NCBI GenBank assembly: GCA_030141605.1
Contig: JAQGDQ010000476.1
Coordinates: 1-64,000, forward strand
Source: Tubiluchus corallicola
Lineage: Eukaryota > Animalia > Priapulida
DNA length: 64,000 bases
Direction of reading: 5' to 3'
Each line of letters starts with the position of its first letter. Within the stretch, counting starts at the first letter, position 1. The translations under genes and the position numbers were made by a program. Positions 36,629 through 48,250 of this stretch are shown here, piece after piece. A model generated the notes under the pieces. The model worked only from the letters and a program-made list of their open reading frames with translations. It had not been told where the DNA came from and ran no database searches.

Positions 36629-39600
36629 TTAGTATTTGTACAGCTTCTGCAGATCCCAGGGGCGTGGTCCAGCTCGCAGCTGCCGGAGCTTCTGATCCTT
36701 CTCAATCTTCTTCCGTTCTTTCAGCCACTCTGAGTATTCATTCTCCTCTTTGGTCTGTGGGGCTTGTTGTGGAAACCTTGTGCCAAGACAGAACTGCGAA
36801 CATTTAAAAATGAAGATAACTGCAAACATTTAAACTACGAAGCTGATAGCAATTGAGGTCAAATAAATTGTTCTATGTATGTTGTTTATTTTAAAGTTAT
36901 ATGAAATCTTGTCTGCGTGTCTGAAGCACAATCTTTTGTCTAAATAAAAAATGCTCAAAAATACACCTGAAAGTGTGCATACTGTTTGTGACTGAGACTA
37001 GTTGATTGCAGTATATTGGTTAGTTAGGGTAGTACGTGTAATTGCATTCATGATTTCTAGCTTATACCTTCAAATCAAACTTGCACAATTTTTGACAATG
37101 ATCAAGGACCGGTCATGCCACAACCTTGCATGCTTTTGAGCAGTTTGCCCACCTGCTTAAAAAGGCAAGTTTAATCTGCAGTTGTTTCAAGAATGGCCAA
37201 TGGCATCAAAGCTGCCCTAGACTAGCATACAAACTGTTGTCGGGGCTTACTCAAGTCAGTACATTAGGCTATTCAGGATTGCTTTCAAGCTTTACATTTA
37301 ATGGTTCAACACAAGTAGTAGATGACACTGTGGTCAAACATATAATACAAATCTGGAACAACTGTTTTTGTAGCTAAGTAATGATATCCTCCAAACCAGT
37401 ATATTTTTTCAAATTCTGTAAATATGTATCATGTACTTATGGGAAGATGCACGTGGACATCATATTAATTAATGTGTTAATTATGTTTTGTGCATGGAAT
37501 GTATTAAGTCTGGAATTTAATTGGAATGAATTAAACACGAAAATTGTAGTTGTCCATAAGAGAAATCTGAAAATAACGCCTCATAATGAATAGACTGCTT
37601 ATTCACTTCTCTTTGTTCGTGTATGTTATCATTTTCTTCCTGTTCTTTAGCACGCTCGCACTCTCTGAGCCACTTCATGCAATCATACACAGGCTTTGCT
37701 GGCCTCCTCCCAGTCTCCTCACAGTCGTCAACGTCCAATGTGTTGTATTGTCCTGGCGAAACTTGATATTTCTGCAAAGCAAAAAATATTTTTCAAGAAT
37801 TTGTGGCAAATTGGTTCAGTTTTCTGTTGTTTCTCTCTGCTGGCGTCATCTCTCTCTCACCCTCATTTTCAGACAAAAAGAAACAAAACGAACTGTTTCT
37901 TCACAGCACCAGGTCCCTTCACTTTCATAATAACATGACAGGTACAAGATCTAGCTCTGCTTCAATTACGCAAATGAATTATAATGAATGTAGGCCTATA
38001 GGTTGGGTAGTTGTACCAGTACACTAGAGACTGCGCAGATGACCACAAGAGCTATCCATGCTTTTCACCTTTGTTTATATGCTGTAGCGACTTGCAGTGA
38101 GCGAGAGCTTGTGAGAACATGTGTTACCTCAAGGTGGGCGGGGCTAATTATTCCAAAGCTACGTATTAGCATTACTACGCACATTCGTGGCTCATATATA
38201 CAATAGGCTCTTATTATATTTCGCTTACGGCATGCGCACTATGCGTAACTCGTTACAGCTACAAAGTCCAAAATCGAACCCTCACGTATATAAAGGCGTT
38301 TGAGCAAACAGAAACCGCTGGCGTAGTGAGATGGGTACTTCGCTTTAATGGATTTACTCTCTACTAAGGAATTAGGGTTCGAATCCCACTCGACCCCATC
38401 TCACGCAATCCAGCGTTTTTGCTATTTTTTCAACAGTTTAGGATATTCATTCATTGAGAACGCTTCATTTTGTTTATAATGATAAAATACTGTGCGAAGT
38501 ATTATATTAAAATATGAGAGAGAGATAATAGCAGAATGCGCAATGAAAAAATATATTGATAAAGCAATTATTTTGGAAAATCAAATTTTACAGATTTTTG
38601 TAGCAGTTGCAGCTGTGTAAGGCCAATATGTTTGGTCGCAGCCTGACTTCACCTATAAAACAATATTAAAATTATAGTGAAACGAGGTCGTGAAATAATT
38701 ATTTCTACGCTAGTATTATGAATTGCCACTATTCTGCTTTCCGTCCGGATTTTTACAGCGCAGTGTAAATTTAGTAGGAAAAATGTCCACCGATGTTAAG
38801 TTGAGCCACATTAAGTTAACGACTGCAAAGGTTTCTTTGCATCCTTCCTGTTCTTCTCCTCGCCTTTTATGTTAGGTGGGTAATCGATTTGAATTGCTTT
38901 TGCTTTTGGTAATTAAGTGAAATAGTCAAGCATTGCGGGAGTGGGAGTGAACGGAACAATTAACAATTTTCTTGCCGTTGAACTAAGCGGATATTTCTAT
39001 ATGTCAAAATATGGTTCCCTCTGTGAGCGTGGTTGCGTGTCACTGATAATTGCTTGGATACAGGAACGTGAATCGATCACGCCTCTGATTTCCGGAGTTC
39101 CGTGTCCTTATGTGACGTATTATTATCTTATGATGTGATATTCGTTAGTTCTTCAATGACACATTTGAAGTACATTCCTAGTTGCAGAACGGTTGTCTAC
39201 AAATTCTTTTTCCCTGGGCTTTTATCTGTGGTATTTTTTACCAAAACATTACTTTTCTGTATAACTATAACCTCGCCCACTTCAAAAAGTAGTACGGTGA
39301 CATAGTACCGGGCAATTTATCACTAGCAGTTACTAGATTTTCAAAAAGCGTATACTAAAAGTATATCGATATAAACCCTTGGAATACACTGAGTAGTACA
39401 ACGAATATATATAAATAGCTTGGCTCACCAGCATTTTGTTTGTGAGGTACTTTCCCCTTCCCCCGCCGTTGGTCATTGGCCGCTCAACCACACCGGACAT
39501 TTGGCTTTGACCAGTCCACCGAGAAGCAAACTATTGAATAAAAATATTCATGAAGAAATTTACCATTCACTTTGCTAAATGTCAGTGCTGACTACTTCTC

Positions 39601-39805
39601 AATAATAATGCAATTACATTGATTTAATGATTTCAGCTTATCTGTTCATTTTGCGAATCAAATCGTCAATCTTTTTGTAAATTAATTACTTAGAATTATT
39701 TACCTGTACTGGTTCATTGGTGAGAATAAGTTGTCTTTCTTCCATGCAATGATCACAATCTACAGTAGATTTGTTCTCCTCGACAAGTCGCTTTGGCGTA
39801 TTCAT
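36629..39805 (-). CDS. Uncharacterised ~143-aa protein (exons 39805-39704, 37771-37607, 36793-36629)
   Basis: Three phase-0 exons with GT-AG sites give MNTPKRLVEEN...EPVQ|KYQVSPGQY...HEQRE|FCLGTRFPQQ...RPWDLQKLYKY*. The start exon is uncertain. Confidence 0.5.
38287..38294 (+). promoter_or_regulatory. TATA box upstream of the Pol III RNA gene
   Basis: TATATAAA lies about 25-30 nt upstream of the predicted RNA 5' end. Confidence 0.55.
38316..38420 (+). ncRNA. Probable vault RNA (Pol III transcript, ~105 nt)
   Basis: The 5' end CGCTGGCGTAGTGAGATGGGTACTTCG parallels the vtRNA 5'/A-box pattern GGCTGGC..TAG....GGTTACTTCG. B box GGTTCGAATCC at 38376-38386. The 3' end CCCATCTCAC..CCAGCG pairs with the 5' end to form a panhandle, followed immediately by TTTTT. 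Confidence 0.78.
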
Positions 39806-41299
39806 TTCGAAAATTCCGAAGACAGGCTTGCACTGTTAATTCGTGGCTTCGTACTTCCTTGAGTTCGCTAACAACGATAATTTTATACCCTCAAAAACTT
39901 CAAAAATGATGTTGAAAGTATTCGTATGCGTCTGTTATTTGCTTACAGTATAATATATCACATTAATTTTATCATTTTAATTTTGGAACTTCAAGCGTAT
40001 ACGCATTGTTGAAGTAAACAGCTTTTTAGAACTTGTTGAAGGAAAATATAACACCCAGTTTGCCTTTGCACGCCTGTTTTGAATAGTTTTTTCTTTCTGG
40101 ATCTTGTTAAGCTGTGTAAGCCAAATAAAAGTTTTCGGTCTGTGAAAATACATTAATTGCCTTTCATGACCTTCATGATTTTACTTGCGTTTATAAACTT
40201 AGCTTATTTTCCGATTAATTTGTGCCACCGACACTGGCTAACAATAACGAGTAACAGAAAATTAATTATTATTGGGTGTCACTATAATTTTATGTAACTC
40301 ATGAGAACATAACAATTTATGGATGTAATTTACAATCATTAGTAAATTAGTAGTCAATTGTAATTTTGTACATGAAATTGGTTTATTACTACACAGAAAC
40401 TATAAAAGCTCCATTTTCAATAGCAAATAAGTAACAAAATAGAAATGTATTATTGGTTAATAGTGCAAATTGGCAACTTTGAATCTGGAGTTCTCTAACG
40501 TCTTATACATAGGGACCTATAGATAAATTCTAGAGGGGAACAGTAATCCAATTAGTTTATCCATTTTGGTGCAATTCTCAACACTCACAACTGTAGCACA
40601 GAGAATGTCAACTGCGGGTTTGCCAACGTAATGTGTATACCAGCAATTCCTTAACAGGTACACGTAACGCAGCCTATAATACGTAGGCCTACTACATGTG
40701 TACTACTGAGGCTCGAAATCAAAAGTTCAAATCTATGCTATGTTTTTCTGGCCTAGCTTTCACCTATTTTATTTACATAGCATAGCAAACAACGCGCTAA
40801 GAGCTCTAAGTTTTTGGTCTAAAGGTAAAGGCAATGCGGAAGAGTTGCAACCGTTCACAGTTTCCTGCAAACAAGTCACATTTTGGCCTGGCGTGCTAGA
40901 TGTTTTGTTTACATATCCAACACACGTCTGGACGCAGTTTACAATAAAGTTCACTCAGTATAAAGTAGATCGACTTAGTTTTAGCATATAGGGCTTTTAT
41001 CTTTGCGACCATGTCATACACTTTGAATCGGGATCCCTTTTGAGTTTATGCTTCTAACATATTCCAAAGGCCGTCTACGATATATTCTCTTAACAAAATA
41101 TTTCCTTTTGATACTTAGCAATGTACGCCTACTTGCGGGATGAACGAACTTCATCAGCTTCGACGTGATAATGGGTGAGGACCAACGACTAAAGGGCGAG
41201 TCGAAGCCATATATACTCATCAATATTGGTAACCAGCCCATAAAAACAATGACGTTTTTACAAAGCCATACTAAGTGCCCATCGATATTGGTGACCACC

Positions 41300-41704
41300 C
41301 AGGGGCGTATCAGAACTTTACGACGCCCTGGGCTGATAGTTTTGTCCCGCCCATCTCTATCGTTGGTTGCTTATGTAATGAGCAGATTAAATAATTAATT
41401 GTGGTGTATTAGAAACATTATTAACCTGGGTTCTACGTGGTCATTTTTAATTAGATGTATTTGCATAGTGCTTCTATTCAAGCATGCTTGTTGTGCAATA
41501 CCTGGCACCTGTTCGTTATGTGGCACTTATGTAAAAACTGCGCCGAGTAACTACTTTGGTGTGTTATAAAAGGCGCCCTTTACATGAATATGAAAGCATA
41601 CACATTTTCCGAGGAGAGTAAGAATTTTTTCTAAAATGTGAGGCCCCTCAAACTTTGGCGCCTTAGGCTGTAGCCTAGTTAGCCTATTGGTTAATGCGCC
41701 CGTG
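41300..41704. mobile_element. Putative hAT-type MITE
   Basis: Termini CAGGGGCG(T)AT... and ...AATGCGCCCGTG. The flanks resume a similar sequence (CCCATAAAAACAA..TTTTTACA on both sides). Confidence 0.45.
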
Positions 41705-41740
41705 ACCATCCCATAAAAACAACGGCATTTTTACATTCAG

Positions 41741-41838
41741 AGAAACGCAATCATGTTTGTAAATTTAAGAAAATAAGTTTAATTCAAATAGAAACGCAAT
41801 CATGTTTGTAAATTTAAGAAAATAAGTTTAATTCAAAT
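41741..41838 (+). repeat. Perfect 49-bp tandem duplication
   Basis: AGAAACGCAATCATGTTTGTAAATTTAAGAAAATAAGTTTAATTCAAAT occurs twice in tandem. Confidence 0.9.
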
Positions 41839-42743
41839 TGTTAGAACAAAAATTGTTTAACAAAATTATTAGCAGGAATGACTGTTATAAAGCAGTTTCC
41901 AAGTCTCCAACATAACCAATGTAAAGTAAAAATTCTTACATTAGAATTACACCTACAATAAACTGCATGAATCTCGCCAGCAGCGTACAAATACTAAAAT
42001 ATGCATGTTGAATGGTATCATAAAGGCGCGTGCTATGTACAGCAGAGCAGTCCAAGGTTAAATTTTTTGTCCTATCGAAGCAACTGAATAAAAATTCTCT
42101 ACTTAAAAATAACATAATATTGACATTAAAAACTAAAACGCTGAAACAACCAACCAAGCGAATAACCTATCATAACCTGCAAAACAAAGAATGGTCCAAA
42201 ATAAAACTCAGAAGTTAGCTTACTTGCACAATAGAGTCTATGGTGAACATGGTTCTTGATGTTCGTAACACAGCCATGTTCATAAAACTCACTCCATCTG
42301 CCATGATCTTTGCATGCAACCAATTTCCAATAGAAGTAAACTGCGATTGCATAACACGATGCTAATTAATGTCTCATCAAAAGAAAAATTTTGCACTATA
42401 AATACAATAATTTTGCTGACAGATAAATCAGTTCACAATTAAAATAAATAAATAAAAGCATCAAAAAGCACCAACAAAATGCCTTACAAAAGGTCTGCGT
42501 CATCGGAATCAGATATGTAGTCTGTTGCCTTTTACAAACTGCAGAATAATACAGTAATTACGAAGACGCTATAGTTAGCTCCCTTCTTTGGATAAGAACG
42601 TACGAATATTTATTTAATAATTCAAATTTTAAAATTAAAAATAAAAATGCAGAAAAAAATTGATTTTTCGAAATTAATAAAATCCATCATAATGCACATC
42701 ACATTGATCACAGTCATAAGTTACTTCAGTCTTTCGATTTTTA

Positions 42744-43358
42744 CTAGAAAATATACTGAGGTGGTGAAGTGCACATTTCTTCGCGTATGTTCATCTTGTA
42801 AGAAATCTCCATTGGCCCTATGCAAACATAGCAATTGTGACCCATCAGGCGATGGGAGAAATATTCCTTGATGACCAAATCTGCTCTCGCGCCAACAGTA
42901 TACTCTTTGGTCTTGAAATGCAGATTACTGGATTCCAGACAGCACTGGTAAGTTCCAAATCTTGAAATAGCCACATTGTGTATTGTTCTTCGAGAACGAT
43001 CTGAAGGGTCCATCAGTTCAATGTCATACGAGTCAGCGTCGCGCGGATTTTTTCCCTGAGAGAGTTTGCCGTGTAAGCCGTAACACTCGTAATGATGTTC
43101 CGTTTCGTTATCTACAGTCACCAGATTACCTTCAAACCAAGAGTCATCACGGTAGAAACACAAATGTGCCTTACCCTTTAGCGTAACCCACCATTCCTCT
43201 GGCCTTTGCTTGCGTCGTCTCGATCCTGCCCGGACTGGGACGCTGCTTACTCTGATGTTGGGAGACCGTTTGCTGGGAACAAATCCACTGATTTCGGCTC
43301 CATTTGTCACAAACCCGTTTTTATTTTGCATGGTCTCTACTATCTTTCCTTGGGACAT
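42744..43358 (-). CDS. Uncharacterised ~204-aa protein, single coding exon
   Basis: Long ORF with raised GC relative to its flanks, preceded by acceptor TTGTTTAACAG|G at ~43383. The first ATG is at 43358 (MSQGK). No family recognised. Confidence 0.6.
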   Translation of the reverse strand: MSQGKIVETMQNKNGFVTNGAEISGFVPSKRSPNIRVSSVPVRAGSRRRKQRPEEWWVTLKGKAHLCFYRDDSWFEGNLVTVDNETEHHYECYGLHGKLSQGKNPRDADSYDIELMDPSDRSRRTIHNVAISRFGTYQCCLESSNLHFKTKEYTVGARADLVIKEYFSHRLMGHNCYVCIGPMEISYKMNIREEMCTSPPQYIF

Positions 43359-45284
43359 TTTTTGAATACTTCGTAAAAGCACCTGTTAAACAATACTTTA
43401 TACATAAGTTTATAAGTAAATAACTTTGATGACGAAACGTACTAATACTGTCAGTTATTTAAGCTTATTAAAGTTCAATAGCACCGCAAGCATTCACCGT
43501 AAAAACTTGAAGAAAAACAACCAATTAAAGCAACACGATCGCTAAATGTATTTTTATATTTATCGACAGGAATCAAGCTTAAATCATGACCGCCGTGTGA
43601 ACTTACCTCGATTAATTACAGACTATGTACTTCGTAGCTGTTTACTAGTTCGCATTCAATATAACCACACGCCTAGGCTTATAAAAATTACAGTTTTCAT
43701 AGAACCTATTTCCTTCTGCGGCTACATACTAAACGCCGCACATCACCACACTAACACATTATACCAATTGTAAAAAATTTGTTATAGCACTTATTAAACT
43801 GGTCGCAGTCGTCCTTGATATGGCTATGTAATGAAATACGCATCAACCTTGCACAAGCTTGCGAGATCCGCGTTCACTGCTGATTGGCCAGTGTGGAAGG
43901 TGTGTCAGCAACACGCCTCACGTTATTTACCAAAGGCGCTCCGTGCCTGAAAGCTCCCGCAAAACTTGACAGAAGAGGCTACATCTTATTTTATCAGCAG
44001 TCACACGTTCTGGTTCAATTTGTCGAAAATTCCTATCCGACTGAAATAATAAATACGCGATATTGTTGTTACAGTATTATAAAAACTCGAAATTTCTCTA
44101 AAACATTTCAGCGTATTATAAACAATCTAGTAACTCGAGTTGAATTGTTGACGTCACGTGCTGTACTTGAACTTCTACTGCACTCTGCAGCTACCCAGAC
44201 AGCGCTGCTCGCAAGCGGAATCATAAAACCAGGTCATATATTTGGAACGGTTCCAGAACGTAGAATAACGGCACTGTCCTCGGGCTAAGGAGAGGTCAAT
44301 TGTTATACTGTTTACTACACTGTACTGATCGTATTGGATTATTTAGGGTTTATTGCTCAAGTGCGTGTTTCAATCATAGAACCAAATCACAATTACTGAA
44401 TAATTTTATTACGCCTAATTTTTGTTTTCTTGTTTTCACCGTTACAGCGAACAACCGTTACTTCAAATACCGTCGTGTAGTAAAGATGTTAAACGCAGAG
44501 GTGTCTCAGTCATGTTCAGACGTACATGCGATGATAACCTGCGCCGCTGCTAGATAACCTTAAGTGATTATTAAAACAGTACATTGCATTATTTCGTTTG
44601 GCCAATTATAGCCCATTGGTGTGAGAATGCACCTCTATGATGGCTCTATCCCATTTAAGCATTACCAAAAATATGATAACACCTGGGCCGGGATTCAATA
44701 AAATTGCTTAAAAACGTTCGTAAGAATTTTCGTACGCAAAATAATATTAATTTTAATGACTTCGTATGAACTGTCGTAAGTTGGATTTGCGAAAACTTCG
44801 TTCGAAGTTCTTATCTATTTTGTTCCTACAAAGTAATTGAACCCCTGGCCATAATCTCCTTAGCTACGTACTGGACGTGTTTGTTAACTTCAGCAACACT
44901 TGCTGCGCAAATTGTGTAAAATCAGGTAGTACCATTCTCTCTCAACCATTTGGTAGCCTACATTAGTTTAGAATACGTTATTAAGTGTTTTTCTTTCTTG
45001 TTGAATCATTATGTTTGTTAAATTGCTTTAAGTGGCTAGTGAAACTAACAGCAGAAAAAACAAGAGAAAAATATGTATTAATAAATAAATAGACGGGAAG
45101 GTAAGGTAGGTATGTGAGAAAGGCGGATGGTTAGTTGATCGGTTGGTCAGCCATTCGGTAGATAGAGAGGTAAAGTAGGTAGGTAGTACTACCGTAGTAG
45201 ACAGGAACATTGATAGACAAGCATACTGATAAATACACAGGCAGACAGATAGCTAAAAAGAGGGAAGAAGGCAGTGAGATAGAG

Positions 45285-45395
<111 letters not shown>

Positions 45396-46027
45396 AGAGA
45401 GAGTAGAAAGAGAAAGGAAGAGTGGAAGAGATACAAGCCAAATGGTGTGCTGTAAGGACTATAATTCGCATATCGTTTTCATTTGAAACTTCTAATTCTG
45501 ATCTATTGCGAAAAATACGTTCTGTATGTATCAAATTTTTTATCAGCCTTTTCCTCTTTCACGAAACCACAAGCAATAGCCATTTAATTTTAATTAATCT
45601 GTGCACAACTTGCAAAATTATACTTACGCAAGTTCTAATCCTTGCGCAAAGTAACGGGTTCTTTACAGAAAACCTTCCGTGCGTAGACCTAAGAACGTTT
45701 GTGCATATGAATTTACGAAGAAAATCGATCGTTCGTAAGAACTTTAAATAAATCCAGCCCCTTGCTATATATTTTCATTTTACCAGCTTAACTCCTTCAT
45801 AATTATTTAAATACTAGGGGTGAGTATCGAACGTTTCTAAATTCGATCGATTCGAAGGATTTTTTAAATTTCAAATTCGATTCGAGCCTACAATTATAAA
45901 TTCGAATGATTCAGCTACACAGTATTAAGTTCTTTATCATTAAAGCGTTTGAAACATCGTGCAATCAGCACAATTTAGGTGCGATTTCTGCGCACAGTTA
46001 TTAAACGAATTAATATTAGTGTTTTTA

Positions 46028-46637
46028 TCATCATCATCATCCAATGAATCATACGTCCAGGGACATGATTCTGCTCACCTCCCTATCAGTATGCCAGGGC
46101 TCCCTGCTTGCCGCAATGCCCCAAGTGCATTTATTTCTAAGGATCAATGCTGAAGTGTTTAAATATTTCTGTGCAAAATCTAAATATGTTAACATTTGTC
46201 CTCCTGCAGGTTTTTTAGCTGATTCTATGGCTTGTTGACGAGCTATCTTCACTGGAATATCATCAGGTAGTCTAAGCATATGCCCAATCCGTCTTAAACG
46301 GCGTCTTTTTATTTTTCTTGTCCGAGGTTCTTCTTTTATTTTGTCATATAGGTCTTTGTTTGAAATTTTCTTTGGCCATCTGGTACTCAAAACATTTCTG
46401 TAATTTCGCCTTTGAAACGCATCGATTTCAGCTTTATGATTTGCTTTTAATGTCCAGAGTTCAGAGTTATACAGTTTCAACTAAGGCTGAGAATATTCTA
46501 ATTCTGGTTTCCAAAGAAATCTTAATATTCTCAAAAATTTTGTGAGTTTTGAGTAAGATGACAATGCCATTACCTTCCGTCTTGATATGTCGTCACTTGT
46601 TGCTAGCAGACTACCGAGATACTTGCGTCTTTGCATC
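46028..46637 (-). mobile_element. 5'-truncated RTE-clade LINE, copy 1, with (GAT)n tail
   Basis: LYNSELWTL...IDAFQRR..R.VL..RWP.KISN.DLY....IKRRRLR.IGHMLRLPDD is the RTE post-RT motif. The (CAT)n tail sits at the left end on +. Confidence 0.85.
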
Positions 46638-46647
46638 ATTAGTGTTT

Positions 46648-46649
<2 letters not shown>

Positions 46650-46682
<33 letters not shown>

Positions 46683-47056
46683 ATGAATCGCACGTCCAGT
46701 GACATGATTCTGCTCACCTCCCTATGCCAGGACTCCCTGCTCACCGCAATGCCCAAGTACATTTATTTTTAAAGATCAATGCTGAAGTGTTTAAATATTT
46801 CTGTGCAAAATCTAAATATGTTAACATTTGTCCTCCTGCAGGTTTTTTAGCTGGTTCTATGGCTTGTTGAAGAGCTATCTTCACTGGAATACCATCAGGT
46901 AGTCTAAGCATATGCCCATCTTAAACGGCGTCTTTTTATTTTTCTTGTCCAAGGTTCTTCTTTTATGTTTTCATATAGATCTTTGTTTGAAATTTTCTTT
47001 GGCCATCTAATACCCAAAATGTTTCTGTAATTTCGCCTTTGAAACGCATCGATTTC
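46650..47056 (-). mobile_element. 5'-truncated RTE-clade LINE, copy 2 (shorter), with (GAT)n tail
   Basis: Highly similar to copy 1 but truncated earlier; (CAT)10 tail. Confidence 0.85.
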
Positions 47057-48133
47057 ATTAGTGTTTTTACTGCAGAACAACATCAAGTAACATGCATTAT
47101 CTTTGTGAGGCTGTTTTTTATTAGTGATTCGAAAATTTGTTCCAAAATCTTTCAAATTCAGTTCGATTCAGATTCGAAAATATTGAAATTCTGTTCGGCT
47201 CAAGTTCGAACGTCACATATTCGATTCGAATTACCTTCCTGGTGGCGAAAATACTCACCCCTAGGCGTCAGCCAATTACACCCTTGTGCAAAATAATAAG
47301 TGAGCCAATTCATAAAAATGAACGAAAATGCACGTTTTCTCTTATAATTCAAAACACTCATTTTGTCATCATCTCATCATATTATAATCGCTTTCCTAAT
47401 TTTCGGTATAGTTATAATATGACTTCATGATTGTTTATCAGTTTCTCCACTCGTTTCGGCATGGAATCCACCAAATTTTGGCAGTTTCCAGAAATCTGAG
47501 CATCATGGTACTACATCTGGGTGATGGCATTTATCACCTCCTCTGCTTAGTAGTACAGTCGGTTTCCCGCAGGTGTAACTAGACAATCAACCACAAGTTT
47601 TCGACTGGGTTTAAACACAAAGAGTTGCCGGGCCAGTTCTCGTTTTTCAAGAAATTTTTGGCGACTTTCCCCATGGAACATCAAGGAACGTCTCTCGCAT
47701 CCCTGATATCCTTCTTTTTGTCAGAAGCCTAATATAGAATTAGAATTCGCTTAGTTTTAACCTGTTAGTAAAGATATTAGTATAATGTCCAAAAACAATT
47801 GAAGCAAAATACAATATTTACTATGTTAAGGCGAAGGGATGAGCGTAAGTTATCGGGTCAGCCATCCCTGAATATGTACTACTGTGATCGCATCATACCA
47901 GTAACAATATACAAATTAGGCTACTTCATGCCAGAAATAAATGTTTATAACATACATGTCCCAGTTCATGTCTGGAAAATACCATGAGAGTGGAAAGAAA
48001 AAATGCACTAAAATGCAGTTTAATTTTTAAAACGATAGCTTTTTATTTATAGAATTTCTCGTTTAGTGTTCACTTATGGTTTTTGTAATCTTTTTTACTG
48101 ATTAATAGGTGGCAGCAGCAACGAAACGGTAGT

Positions 48134-48170
48134 CACGTGATATTTACCGCGTCCATTCATACGATTTGAA
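48134..48170 (+). promoter_or_regulatory. Putative NUSAP1 promoter elements: E-box CACGTG, E2F/CDE-like TTTACCGCG, CHR TTTGAA
   Basis: The motifs lie 80-120 nt upstream of the ATG at 48251; CHR elements are typical of G2/M genes. Confidence 0.45.
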
Positions 48171-48250
48171 ATTGAAAAATTAAAAGTTTGGTACCATTAT
48201 GTTGCAACAGCTTACTTGAAACCAAAGATTTGCCAATAATTATAATAACT

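Larger units (their letters stand above)
45814..47264. mobile_element. Non-autonomous DNA transposon (MITE) interrupted by RTE insertions
   Basis: Perfect 14-bp TIR CTAGGGGTGAGTAT (45814-45827) / ATACTCACCCCTAG (47251-47264), with subterminal ATTCGA/TTCGAA motif arrays at both ends. Confidence 0.75.

Noticed and set aside
38316-38420. tRNA gene or tRNA-derived SINE
   Set aside because: It has a T-loop-like B box, but no cloverleaf with D and anticodon arms could be folded and there is no SINE body or tail. The panhandle and terminator fit a vault RNA better.
43884-44557. Plus-strand ORFs of 134 and 85 aa, or a possible spliced lncRNA
   Set aside because: Non-ATG starts and no recognisable homology. 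The region looks promoter-like, and the splice-like sites alone are insufficient evidence.
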